NCBI GenBank assembly: GCA_913043225.1
Contig: CAJWLU010000027.1
Location: 1-45,639 of the forward strand
Direction: 5' to 3'
From: an uncultured Acidobacteriota bacterium
GTDB lineage: Bacteria > Acidobacteriota > Vicinamibacteria > Vicinamibacterales > UBA8438
DNA: 45,639 nucleotides
Shown here: piece by piece, positions 1 through 9,030 of the stretch
Numbering within the stretch: the stretch's first letter is position 1
Layout of the letters: every line of letters starts with the position of its first letter
The notes under the pieces: generated by a model
The model's input: the letters and a program-made list of their open reading frames with translations, nothing else
Database searches by the model: none
Told to the model about the DNA's origin: nothing
Translations under genes and position numbers: made by a program

Positions 1-126
1 GTGCACACGCAGGTGGTCGACCTCTCGCGCGATGTCGTTGGTCTCGAAATCCAACGACAGCCCGAATCCGGCGTTGTTCACGAGCAGCTCGACAGGTGCC
101 TCCGGGTCGGCGAGCCGCGCCGCCAG
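1..126 (-). other. Internal fragment of a short-chain dehydrogenase/reductase (SDR), no N-terminus; probable chimeric or foreign sequence
   Basis: Reverse complement of 1-120 translates to ARLADPEAPVELLVNNAGFGLSLDFETNDIAREVDHLRVH, containing the SDR NNAG motif. Upstream in that frame the sequence is not SDR-like and has no TGxxxGxG motif. Confidence 0.75.
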
Positions 127-296
127 CGGCGCCTGGTCCGCCCGCGCCAATGCCCCCTGCAGCGTCTGACAGCGACCCCGGTCTGGCGGCGCGCCTTCGT
201 TCGCGGCCGACGCCGGCTGGCGGCTTCTGCTGGCACTGCGGCAAGCCGCTCCATGCGCGGGCAGATCGCTGTCCATTCTGCAATGAGGCCCAGTAG
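96..296 (+). CDS. C-terminal part of a Pro/Ala-rich protein ending in a zinc-ribbon (CxxC-x10-CxxC); 5' end missing
   Basis: Frame +3 ends GGFCWHCGKPLHARADRCPFCNEAQ*. The sequence becomes protein-like only from ~nt 114. Confidence 0.55.
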   Translation: MPPGRRAAPPAAPGPPAPMPPAASDSDPGLAARLRSRPTPAGGFCWHCGKPLHARADRCPFCNEAQ

Positions 297-333
297 CGGT
301 CGACACACCCTCCTCCACCGGGTACCCTCCGGT

Positions 334-465
334 ATGGACATCGCGGCACTGCTGACCGTCGCCGGGCGCGCCGGCGTCTCCGATCTCCACCTGAAGAGCG
401 GCAACTTCCCGACCATGCGGCTGCGTGGCGCGCTACGGCCGTTGGTCGAACGGTTCGGTGACTGA
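334..465 (+). pseudogene. pilT: Truncated PilT/PilU type IV pilus retraction ATPase (43 aa remnant)
   Basis: MDIAALLTVAGRAGVSDLHLKSGNFPTMRLRGALRPL matches the PilT N-terminal (A/V)SDLHL..G..P..R..G.L motif. There is no Walker A/B. It occupies the pilT slot of the known pilT-recX-alaS order, and its stop lies 2 nt after the recX GTG (8-nt overlap). Confidence 0.8.
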
Positions 466-943
466 CCAACCCCGCCGGGCCGCCTACCCGTCCGCCATCC
501 GGCTGCTGGCTCGCCGCGATCTCTCCGCCGCTCAGTTGAAGACCAAGCTCCTGGACCACGGCTTGGAGCCGGACGAGGTCGATGAGGCCATCGAACGGCT
601 GCGGGCTGAACGCTGGCTCGACGACGAACGCACCGCGGAAACCCATGCCCGAAGAATCATCGGCGTGAAACACCGAGGCGAACGGCGGGCAAGACAAGAG
701 CTCGAGGCCGTCGGCATCCCGGCCGAGACTGCGGCCCGCGTCGTTCGCCTCGTGCTGGATGAGCTAGACGAAACCGATGTGCTGGAGAAGGCTATCGCTC
801 GGCGCCTACCCGGACCGATTCGTGATCGCGCCCATTTCAAGCGGGTGTATCAGGCCCTCCTTCGGCAGGGATTCGCCGCCGATCAGGTCGCTAAGGCGCT
901 CGTGGCGCGCGTCGGTGGGGACCTGTCTTTTATGGAAGAATAG
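458..943 (+). CDS. recX: Regulatory protein RecX
   Basis: AIRLLARRDLSAAQLKTKL, WLDDER, RGERRARQEL..GI and ALLRQGF motifs; directly upstream of alaS. GTG start at 458. Confidence 0.92.
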   Translation: MTDQPRRAAYPSAIRLLARRDLSAAQLKTKLLDHGLEPDEVDEAIERLRAERWLDDERTAETHARRIIGVKHRGERRARQELEAVGIPAETAARVVRLVLDELDETDVLEKAIARRLPGPIRDRAHFKRVYQALLRQGFAADQVAKALVARVGGDLSFMEE

Positions 944-948
944 TCCGG

Positions 949-3645
949 ATGACCTCCTCGGACGTACGCCGGACCTTCCTGGACTACTTCGCAAGCCACG
1001 GACATGAGATCGTTCGGAGCGGCTCGTTGGTGCCGGCCGACGACCCCACACTGCTCTTCACCAACGCGGGTATGAACCAGTTCAAGGACCTGTTTTTGGG
1101 CCGCGAACGCCGCAGCTACAGCCGCGCCACCACATCGCAGAAATGCATGCGAGTCAGTGGGAAGCACAACGATCTCGACAACGTCGGACCGTCGTGGCGA
1201 CACCATACGTTGTTCGAGATGCTGGGAAATTTCTCCTTCGGCGACTACTTCAAGGCTGAAGCGCTCCCCTTCGCCTGGACGCTGCTGACTGAGGTCTGGC
1301 AGATCCCTCCGGACCGACTCTACCCCACCGTCTTCAAGGGCGAAGGAGGCATTCCCCGCGACGACGAGGCGCACGCCATCTGGCGGGACCTCGTCTCAGC
1401 GGACCGGATCGTAGAGATGGGGCTCGAAGAGAACTTCTGGGCCATGGGCGATACCGGCCCGTGCGGACGCTGCTCCGAGATCCACTACCACCGAGGCGAC
1501 CACCTCCCCTGTAGTGCACCCACCTGCCTGGGTATTGACTGCAGCTGTGACCGCTACGTCGAGATCTGGAACAACGTGTTTATGGAGTTTGAGCGGGACG
1601 CCGATGGTAATCGCACTCCGCTCCCCGCGGCCTCGATCGATACAGGCATGGGGCTAGAGCGGATCGTAGCGGTCCTGCAGGGCACGCTCTCCAATTACGA
1701 CACGGACCTGTTCACGCCGCTACTCAAGGCACTCGGCGAGCGCACGGGACGTGTCTACGGCCCACTCACCGCGGCAGGCGCTGCCGCCGCGCACGACACG
1801 TCGATGCGTGTGGTGGCGGACCATCTGCGCGCAATGACCTTTCTCATCGCCGACGGCGTCATGCCGTCGAACGAATGGCGAGGCTACGTGCTGCGCAAGA
1901 TCATGCGCCGCGCCATGCGCCATGGGAAAAAGCTCGGGACGTCGGGCCCATTCCTTCACGAACTGGTCGAGGTGCTAGTTCAACACATGGGACACGCCTA
2001 TCCTGAGCTGCCTGCCGGTCAGGACGCGATCGTACAGGTCGTGCGAGCCGAAGAAGATCGCTTTGACGCGGTGCTCGACGACGGTCTCCCCCGTCTGGAA
2101 GCGGTGCTGGCCGAGATCCCAGAGGGAGGACAGCTGCCCGGCGCCGACGTCTTCCGGCTGTACGACACCTACGGGCTGCCGGTCGACTTCATCGAGGACC
2201 TGGCCGGCGAACGCTCTCTCGCCGTGGACCGGGCCGGCTTCAACGCGGCGATGGAGCAGCAGCGGGCACAGTCACGGGCGACGGCTAGCTTTGGCACCAG
2301 CGCCGCGGACGGTTTCACGTTCGCTGACGACACGGGAGCCGGTGAGGTCACGAGCCTGGGCGATCAGTTCGATGGCTACACTGCCACCCAGGTGAACACA
2401 TCGGTAGTCGCACTCTTCGACAGCGACAAGACCACCGTCGATCAGCTGGATGCCTTCGGCGAGGGGTACGCGGTGCTGGCACGGACGCCGTTCTATCTCG
2501 AGTCGGGCGGACAGGTATCGGACACCGGCCTTATCCGTACCGACCAGGGCGTGCTTGCACACGTCGAGGCGATGGAACGGGTCGCCCCGGGTGGACCCCG
2601 GGCGCATCGTATCCGTCTCGACGCAGGAGAGCTAAAACGTGGGGATTCGGTGACGGCCGAGGTGGACATGGTCCGGCGGGACGCAATTCGGCGAAATCAC
2701 ACCGCCACGCACCTGCTGCACGCCGCGCTGCGCGACGAGCTGGGCCCACACGTCAAGCAAGCCGGTTCACTGGTCGCATCCGACCGGCTGCGGTTCGACT
2801 TCGTACACGGCACGGCTGTCACACGCGAGCAGCTCGATGCCATCGAACGGGAGGTGAACCGCCAGGTGCACCGGAACCACCCGGTCGAGACAGCTGAGCG
2901 ATCGCTGGACGAGGCGATCGCCGACGGCGCTATGGCCCTCTTTGGTGAAAAATATACCGAGCGGGTGCGGGTCGTGTCGGTGCCAGGGGTCAGCATGGAG
3001 CTGTGCGGGGGCACCCATTGCCGAGCGACCGGCGCTATCGGCCTCTTCACACTGACCCAGGAGAGTGGCGTCGCGGCGGGCGTCCGCCGCATCGAGGCGG
3101 TGACCGGAACCGAGGCAATCAAGGAGCTGCAGCGACAGCGCTCCACCCTGGACGCCATCCTCAGGGCCCTGGGTGTCCACGGCGACCAGGCCCTCTCGAC
3201 GGTCGAGCGGTTGACCGGCGAGACGCGCAGGCTAGCCGAAGAGCTGGAACGGCAGAAGATGCAGGCCGCCCTCGGCGGTGCCGGCGGCGAAACCAACGAC
3301 GACAGCGAGGTGATGGGCGACGCCAGGTTCGTCGCCCGCCGGGTTTCAGGACTAGAGAAAGGCTCACTTCGGGGCCTGGCCGACTCGTTGCGCGACCGGC
3401 TCGGCCAGGGTGTGGTCGTCCTGGCCTCCGAGAACGGCAACAAGGTCGCGCTCGTAGTCTCGGTCAGCAAGGACCTCGTCGACCGGGTGCATGCCGGCCA
3501 GGTCGTAAAGGCGATCGCCCCCATCGTGGACGGTGGCGGCGGGGGACGTCCCGACTTCGCCCAGGCGGGCGGGCGCCGACCCGAGAAGATCAACGAGTTG
3601 CTCGCCGAAAGCCGCTCGGTCGTCCAGGGCATGCTCTCCGCCTGA
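949..3645 (+). CDS. alaS: Alanine--tRNA ligase
   Basis: DPTLLFTNAGMNQFK, FEMLGNFSFGDYFK, DTGMGLER, editing domain HTATH and ELCGGTH, C-terminal GGGGGRPDFAQAGG. Confidence 0.99.
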   Translation: MTSSDVRRTFLDYFASHGHEIVRSGSLVPADDPTLLFTNAGMNQFKDLFLGRERRSYSRATTSQKCMRVSGKHNDLDNVGPSWRHHTLFEMLGNFSFGDYFKAEALPFAWTLLTEVWQIPPDRLYPTVFKGEGGIPRDDEAHAIWRDLVSADRIVEMGLEENFWAMGDTGPCGRCSEIHYHRGDHLPCSAPTCLGIDCSCDRYVEIWNNVFMEFERDADGNRTPLPAASIDTGMGLERIVAVLQGTLSNYDTDLFTPLLKALGERTGRVYGPLTAAGAAAAHDTSMRVVADHLRAMTFLIADGVMPSNEWRGYVLRKIMRRAMRHGKKLGTSGPFLHELVEVLVQHMGHAYPELPAGQDAIVQVVRAEEDRFDAVLDDGLPRLEAVLAEIPEGGQLPGADVFRLYDTYGLPVDFIEDLAGERSLAVDRAGFNAAMEQQRAQSRATASFGTSAADGFTFADDTGAGEVTSLGDQFDGYTATQVNTSVVALFDSDKTTVDQLDAFGEGYAVLARTPFYLESGGQVSDTGLIRTDQGVLAHVEAMERVAPGGPRAHRIRLDAGELKRGDSVTAEVDMVRRDAIRRNHTATHLLHAALRDELGPHVKQAGSLVASDRLRFDFVHGTAVTREQLDAIEREVNRQVHRNHPVETAERSLDEAIADGAMALFGEKYTERVRVVSVPGVSMELCGGTHCRATGAIGLFTLTQESGVAAGVRRIEAVTGTEAIKELQRQRSTLDAILRALGVHGDQALSTVERLTGETRRLAEELERQKMQAALGGAGGETNDDSEVMGDARFVARRVSGLEKGSLRGLADSLRDRLGQGVVVLASENGNKVALVVSVSKDLVDRVHAGQVVKAIAPIVDGGGGGRPDFAQAGGRRPEKINELLAESRSVVQGMLSA

Positions 3646-3744
3646 TGCACTGGCCTCGACGCCCGCGTAACCAGACGACCCCGGAGAGGACCATCCGGCG
3701 GAGCGCTTTGCCCCGCTGACGAGCTGAGCTATCGTGAGATCCGG

Positions 3745-4025
3745 ATGCCGCCTCTGATCCCCGCCTGTCTCGTCCTGCTCCTGGGCGAGTCGGGACGACA
3801 TTATCGATCGCGAGTCCAGACGACACAGTGTACGGCCAAAGCTCGTGCGGGCCGCCGTCCAGATCGAATCGGCCGGTGGCCCGAGGGCGGACGGCCTAGG
3901 CCAACATCATCGTCAACGTTCAAGCCCTCTACGAGAGCTTCCAGGTCACCGACGGCCAACCTATCACGGTGTATTCGGACCTGCCTCACGTATCGAGCTA
4001 CTACCTAATCCCGCATCCCTCGTGA
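3745..4025 (+). pseudogene. Decayed soluble lytic transglycosylase (SLT-domain) gene, pieces in three frames
   Basis: Frame +1 at 3745 gives a signal-peptide-like MPPLIPACLVLLLG. Frame +2 at ~3790-3890 gives RDDIIDRESRRHSVRPKLVRAAVQIESAGGPRA (SLT motif I with the catalytic ES). GLMQ and AYNAG motifs are absent. Frame +3 at 3900-4025 gives ANIIVNVQALYESFQVTDGQPITVYSDLP...*, whose TGA overlaps the hslR GTG. Confidence 0.7.
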
Positions 4026-4423
4026 CCGACGCTGCCACCGACAATAGACTCCGGCTGGATATCTGGCTGGACGTCGCCTGTCTCTTCAAGACACGCTCGG
4101 AGGCGCAACGTGCCTGTCGGGGCGGCAAGGTCGACGTCAACGGACAACGGGCCAAACCGCACCGACATACTCAGCCTGGCGATCGGCTGACCATCACTCG
4201 CACCGATGGCCACACCCAGATCATCTTAGTCAAGGCGCTGGCCGCCAAGCACCTGGCCAAAGCGAACGCCCGACAACTGTACGAGGACGTCACCCCTGCG
4301 CCCCGCCCCGAGGAGCTCGAACTTAGACGAGCGATCCGCGCCGACACCAGACAGCTGCCGCGTGGCTCCGGCCAACCGGACAAACGGCAACGACGAGCCC
4401 TCCGTCGGCTCCGAGGACATTGA
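4022..4423 (+). CDS. hslR: S4-domain RNA-binding protein, Hsp15/HslR family
   Basis: LRLDIWLDVACLFKTRSEAQRACRGGKVDVNGQRAKP and C-terminal GQPDKRQRR. GTG start at 4022. Confidence 0.88.
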   Translation: MTDAATDNRLRLDIWLDVACLFKTRSEAQRACRGGKVDVNGQRAKPHRHTQPGDRLTITRTDGHTQIILVKALAAKHLAKANARQLYEDVTPAPRPEELELRRAIRADTRQLPRGSGQPDKRQRRALRRLRGH

Positions 4424-4449
4424 TCGCGCCCCACGCCTCAGCCACGGGA

Positions 4450-4458
4450 TGCTACAAT
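4450..4458 (+). promoter_or_regulatory. Extended -10 promoter element (TGcTACAAT) for rpsT
   Basis: TGnTAnAAT 57 nt upstream of the rpsT TTG start. Confidence 0.55.
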
Positions 4459-4515
4459 TACGGGTCGGTCGGGTCAGCGGTGCGCTGCCTGAGCCAGGAA
4501 AGGACGACGCAAGAT

Positions 4516-4779
4516 TTGGCCAACCATAAGCACACGAAGAAAGCGTACAAGCAAGACTTGGTGCGTCGCGCGCGGAACCGCAGTCTACGAACCAGGCTGC
4601 GGGGGGCGCTGAAGTCGCTGCGCTCGGCGATCGATCAGGGCAACACCGACGAGGCGCGCTCGGCCATGAGCGGGACCGTATCGCTGATCGACAAGATGTC
4701 GGCGAAGGGAATCATCCACGACAACGCCGCCGCCAGATACAAGTCGCGGCTCGCCAAGCGCTTCGCCGCCGCCAGCTGA
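4516..4779 (+). CDS. rpsT: 30S ribosomal protein S20
   Basis: (M)ANHKHTKK...RARNRSLRTRLR...DKMSAKGIIHDNAAARYKSRL. TTG start at 4516 after an AGGA-type RBS; convergent with holA. Confidence 0.96.
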   Translation: MANHKHTKKAYKQDLVRRARNRSLRTRLRGALKSLRSAIDQGNTDEARSAMSGTVSLIDKMSAKGIIHDNAAARYKSRLAKRFAAAS

Positions 4780-4791
4780 TCCCCTCGAACG

Positions 4792-5745
4792 CTAGGACGA
4801 GGCCCCCGCCGAACGCGGGAGGCCGACCCCGCACATCTCAAGCACCAGCCGCTCAAGCAATACCCGCTGGTCGCCAGCAGAGCTCTTCAAAGCCAGATCG
4901 GTCTCGAACATCGCCTCCACTGCTGGGCTCACCCGGCCGGGCGAAAGCTTGGTGCGCGCCACCCACGCCAGCTGTCCAAGCACCATGGGGGGCGCCGCTC
5001 CCCCATCCAGCACCAGCGCGAGTTCGCGCAGCGCCCGCGCTGCCTGCCCTCGTTCGATGGCACGGGCCACCGCCCAGTCGTCGAGCACAGTCGCCGGTCC
5101 GGCAATGGCTCGAACGTCTTCCACCCGAATGGTGTCCTGCCCAACCGCATACAAGAGCAACCGTTCTACGTCGTCTCGCAACCGGGATAGGTCGGGCCCA
5201 GCCAGCGACGCCACCATTCGAGCGGCCGCAGACTCAATCGACACGTTCTCGGTCGAGACGCGACGGCGCACCCAACGTTCGGCATCGGCCACGCTGTCGA
5301 CCACGCCGCAGGTCACGATGGTGGCGGTCGCCCTCAGACGTTTGGTCGTTTTTCGCCCTTTGTGGAGGAGACCGTCGCAGACGAGCAGCAGCGTCGCGTG
5401 GTTCGACGGAGCGTCGAGATAGGCATCGAACAGTTTCAAGTCGGCGGCGGCCGCCTTGCTCTCCCGCTTCGGCACCAGCGCGAGCTCGGCTCGGCGTAGA
5501 ATCACCACCCGCCGAGACGCCATCATGGGCAGCGTTCTAGTCGCCTCGACGACATCGCCCAGCGAGGCGTCCATACCGTGCAGGCGTTCGACATTAAACG
5601 CACGTAGTCCCTCATCGACGATCTGCTCGAAAGCGTCGACCACCTCCGCCTTCTCGAGCTCGTCGTCACCCTCGATGAGGTAGATCGGATCGGGATCGCC
5701 AGCGGCAACCTGTTCCAGAGCCTTCCCTGGCGTAAGCGTCTTCAA
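4792..5745 (-). CDS. holA: DNA polymerase III subunit delta
   Basis: PIYLIEGDD, TLPMMASRRVVI, ETDLALKSS; leuS-lptE-holA synteny. Confidence 0.92.
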   Translation of the reverse strand: MKTLTPGKALEQVAAGDPDPIYLIEGDDELEKAEVVDAFEQIVDEGLRAFNVERLHGMDASLGDVVEATRTLPMMASRRVVILRRAELALVPKRESKAAAADLKLFDAYLDAPSNHATLLLVCDGLLHKGRKTTKRLRATATIVTCGVVDSVADAERWVRRRVSTENVSIESAAARMVASLAGPDLSRLRDDVERLLLYAVGQDTIRVEDVRAIAGPATVLDDWAVARAIERGQAARALRELALVLDGGAAPPMVLGQLAWVARTKLSPGRVSPAVEAMFETDLALKSSAGDQRVLLERLVLEMCGVGLPRSAGASS

Positions 5746-6296
5746 AAAGCCTCTAGGATCGAACTGACAACGGTGCGACCGAAGTCGCGGGCGATACGCT
5801 CGACCGCGTTCGACTGCTGACCGAAAAAGGTGGAGGCATCCAGCTCGCCGCCGGAACCCGAGGCCACCTCGTACTCATCGCTGAAGAGCAGCTGCGGGTT
5901 CTCCCACAGCACCTCGTCGGTGGTCAGATCGCGAAACTCGATCGCCACGTAGAGCTGGAAAATGTAGCGCGATGCCTGCTGCTGTGCGGAGAAAGTCGCC
6001 GGCTGAATCGAGATATTGCTGATTGTGCCGGACAGAAGTGCGTCGACGCCGGTATCGGCGGCGATCACGCGATACTGGCCACGGCCGATGAACTCGGAAC
6101 GCACCTGTTGGGTCAAGATCTGCTCGATCTCAAACACCGTCGTGCCGTTCTCGAACAGCGGCACGCCGATGGTCTGGATGTAGTCGGGTAGGAACGATCC
6201 CTGCCCCGCCAGGGCGTATCCGCATCCGGAGCACGCCAGCGCCGCCACCAGCGCACCAGCCAGCCACCCATTCCGCCACCGTCTCAAGCTTCGCAT
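5742..6296 (-). CDS. lptE: LPS assembly lipoprotein LptE family
   Basis: Lipobox (ACSGC-GY), CGYALAG..LP..IQTIGVPLFEN; lies between leuS and holA. Confidence 0.85.
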   Translation of the reverse strand: MRSLRRWRNGWLAGALVAALACSGCGYALAGQGSFLPDYIQTIGVPLFENGTTVFEIEQILTQQVRSEFIGRGQYRVIAADTGVDALLSGTISNISIQPATFSAQQQASRYIFQLYVAIEFRDLTTDEVLWENPQLLFSDEYEVASGSGGELDASTFFGQQSNAVERIARDFGRTVVSSILEAF

Positions 6297-6298
6297 AC

Positions 6299-8851
6299 CT
6301 ACCCCTTGATCACGATGTTAACCAGTTTCCGCTGCACGACCACCACCCGAGCTACGGTCTTGCCTTCGGTATGCCCGCGCACCCCCTCGTCGGCTAACGA
6401 CGCCTCGCGGAGCGCGTCTTCGCTCACGTCTGCCGGCACCGTCAGCCGGGCCCGGAGCTTGCCGTTGACCTGAACGGGAACAACGATCTCTTCCGCCCGC
6501 GCCACGGCCGGCTCGAACGCGGGCCACGTCGCCCGAGCCAGACTACCCTCGTGTCCCATCCGCTCCCACAACTCCTCACAGAGGTGCGGTGTAAACGGCG
6601 ACAGCATCAAGACCAGCGCCCCGACCGCTTCGGCCAGTGTTGCCCGGGTCTCGTCGGCAACCGACGCCGGATCGGGCCGCTCGGCGCCGGTGTGGACGGC
6701 CAGCCCCTCTGCCTCGCAGAAGGCGTACAACTCGTTGACCAGCTCCATCAAAGCAGAGACTGCGGTGTTGAGATGGGCACGAGGATCCAGGTCGGAGGAC
6801 ACGCGGCGAATGGTCTCGTGCGTACGCCGGCGAACGGCTCGGTGACGAACAGCGAGATCCGCGTCGTTCAACGTGTCAAGCGAGACACCCCGAACGAGCG
6901 CTTCGAGTCCGGTGACCAGTCGCCACACGCGGGTCAAGAACCGGAAGCTGCCTTCCAGGCCGGAGTCGGTCCACTCGATCTCTTTCTCCGGCGGCGCAAC
7001 GAACATCTCGTAAAGCCTGAGGGCATCGGCACCAAACGTCGAGATCATCTGGTCCGGGTCGACGACGTTGCCCTTCGATTTGGACATGACCGAGCCGTCT
7101 CGCAGCACCATCCCCTGGGTCAGCAGACGCGTGAATGGCTCGTCGTGCTCGACCATCCCCAGGTCCTTAAACACGCGGCAGAAGAATCTCGAGTAAATCA
7201 GATGCAGGATGGCGTGCTCGACCCCGCCGATATAGAAGTCCACCGGCGCCCAGTATTTGACCCTCTCCGGATCAAATGCCGTCCGGTCGTTTGACGCGTC
7301 ACAAAACCGGTAGAAGTACCAGGACGAGTCGACGAAGGTGTCCATGGTGTCCGTCTCACGACGAGCCGGTTGCTGACACTTCGGACAGATCGTCTCGACG
7401 AACTCGGGCATCTGCGCCAGCGGAGAGTCTCCGCGCCCGGTGAACTCGACCGCGGTCGGGAGTTCGACCGGCAAGTCTTCGTAGGGCACCGGCTGAAGGC
7501 CGCAGTGCGGGCAGTGAATGATCGGAATAGGCGTGCCCCAGTAGCGCTGGCGGGAAATCCCCCAGTCCTTGAGCCTAAACTGGACCGTCGGCGTCCCAAT
7601 CCCACGACTGGCAGCCGCAGCGGCCATCTCCCGGGCCGCCCCGTCGGTCGACCGGCCTGTGAACTCCCCGGAATGCACGAGGGAACCGGGTCCGGCGTAG
7701 GCCTCCTCCAGGGTGGAACCGTCGAGTGTCTCTCCCTCAGCCGGCTGGATCACCACCTGAACCGGAAGCTGATACTTCCGCGCGAACTCGAAATCGCGCT
7801 GGTCGTGGGCCGGCACCGCCATCACGGCGCCGGTGCCGTACTCGGCGAGGACGAAGTTCGCGATCCAGATCGGCACCTGCTCGCCGGTAAACGGGTTGGT
7901 CGCGGTCCGGCCGGTGTCGAACCCTTCCTTCTCGATGGCACCGGTCAGCCGGGCCGTGCGATCCAGCGCCCGGAACTGCCGGACCCGCTCTCGAAAGGCG
8001 TCCGGATCATCCGCCTCCTCCGTGAATTCGTCGACGAGCGCATGCTCGGGCGCCAGCAGGACGAAGCTCGCGCCGTAGATGGTGTCGATGCGCGTCGTGA
8101 AGACCTCGATCTCCAGTAACTTCGCCTCTGGCCCACTCACCGGGAACCGGACCAGCGCCCCTTCCGAGCGCCCGATCCAGTTGCGTTGCATGGTCAACAC
8201 CTTCTCGGGCCACTGGTCCAAGCGCTCGATGCCGTCCAGCAGCGCGTCGGCGTACTCGGTGATGCGGAGGAACCACTGCTCCAGATCGCGGCGCTCGACG
8301 ACCGAGTCGCACCGCCAGCAGCCACCGTCGACGACCTGCTCGTTGGCAAGCACGGTCGCACAACTGGGACACCAATTGACCGTCGACCGCTTGCGGTAGG
8401 CCAGCCCCCGCTCGAACATCTGGAGAAACAGCCACTGATTCCACCGGTAGTACTCGGGCTCACAGGTCGCGAGTTCGCGCTCCCACGCGTAGCTGATCCC
8501 CAGCCGCTGCAGTTGCCCCTTCATGTGGGCGATGTTCTCCAGCGTCCAGATCTCGGGGTGGGACTTGTTCTTGATCGCCGCGTTCTCGGCCGGCAAACCG
8601 AACGCGTCCCACCCGAACGGATGCAACACGTTGAACCCCCGCATCCGCTTCATCCGTGCGATGACGTCGCCAATCATGTAGTTCCGCACATGCCCGACAT
8701 GGGCATGCCCGGATGGATAGGCGAACATCACAAGGCAGTAGTAGGTGGGGCGACCCGGCTCTTCGGTCACCTCAAACGCGCGCTGCTCGGTCCAGCGGCG
8801 CTGCCACTTCTTCTCGATGGCCTGCGGATCGTAGTCGGACACAGTCGACAA
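6299..8851 (-). CDS. leuS: Leucine--tRNA ligase (start may be GTG at 8842)
   Basis: [13 protein letters not shown] (HIGH), [15 protein letters not shown] editing motif, VMSKSKGN (KMSKS), VQVNGKLR. Confidence 0.99.
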   Translation of the reverse strand: MSTVSDYDPQAIEKKWQRRWTEQRAFEVTEEPGRPTYYCLVMFAYPSGHAHVGHVRNYMIGDVIARMKRMRGFNVLHPFGWDAFGLPAENAAIKNKSHPEIWTLENIAHMKGQLQRLGISYAWERELATCEPEYYRWNQWLFLQMFERGLAYRKRSTVNWCPSCATVLANEQVVDGGCWRCDSVVERRDLEQWFLRITEYADALLDGIERLDQWPEKVLTMQRNWIGRSEGALVRFPVSGPEAKLLEIEVFTTRIDTIYGASFVLLAPEHALVDEFTEEADDPDAFRERVRQFRALDRTARLTGAIEKEGFDTGRTATNPFTGEQVPIWIANFVLAEYGTGAVMAVPAHDQRDFEFARKYQLPVQVVIQPAEGETLDGSTLEEAYAGPGSLVHSGEFTGRSTDGAAREMAAAAASRGIGTPTVQFRLKDWGISRQRYWGTPIPIIHCPHCGLQPVPYEDLPVELPTAVEFTGRGDSPLAQMPEFVETICPKCQQPARRETDTMDTFVDSSWYFYRFCDASNDRTAFDPERVKYWAPVDFYIGGVEHAILHLIYSRFFCRVFKDLGMVEHDEPFTRLLTQGMVLRDGSVMSKSKGNVVDPDQMISTFGADALRLYEMFVAPPEKEIEWTDSGLEGSFRFLTRVWRLVTGLEALVRGVSLDTLNDADLAVRHRAVRRRTHETIRRVSSDLDPRAHLNTAVSALMELVNELYAFCEAEGLAVHTGAERPDPASVADETRATLAEAVGALVLMLSPFTPHLCEELWERMGHEGSLARATWPAFEPAVARAEEIVVPVQVNGKLRARLTVPADVSEDALREASLADEGVRGHTEGKTVARVVVVQRKLVNIVIKG

Positions 8852-8902
8852 TCAGGGTATGTGGGAGGCTGGCAACACCGGCAACAGATTGATCTGCAAG
8901 GA

Positions 8903-8930
8903 ATTATATCGCTGGCCACCGGTTCGTGAA
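8903..8930 (-). promoter_or_regulatory. Putative sigma70 promoter for leuS-lptE-holA
   Basis: Minus strand TTCACG-16 nt-TATAAT (perfect -10 at 8903-8908). Confidence 0.55.
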
Positions 8931-9030
8931 CGGACACCCGGCGACCTGACGGGCAATTGGCCACGGGATCCAGCGCCAAATGACTGCCCTACCAGCGCGC
9001 CTCCCCGGATCGCCGAGCGCTTGGTGGTCC

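Noticed and set aside
1..465. 154-aa ORF as one gene
   Set aside because: It joins antisense SDR sequence, off-frame zinc-ribbon sequence and the 43-aa PilT remnant; only 334-465 is protein-like in this frame.
3845..4021. N-terminal extension of the S4/HslR ORF
   Set aside because: It derives from the SLT remnant; hslR homology begins after the GTG at 4022.
8852..9030. T-box or riboswitch leader upstream of leuS
   Set aside because: No T-box core (AAnnnGGTGGnACC) and no terminator/antiterminator; the promoter lies only ~50 nt from the start.
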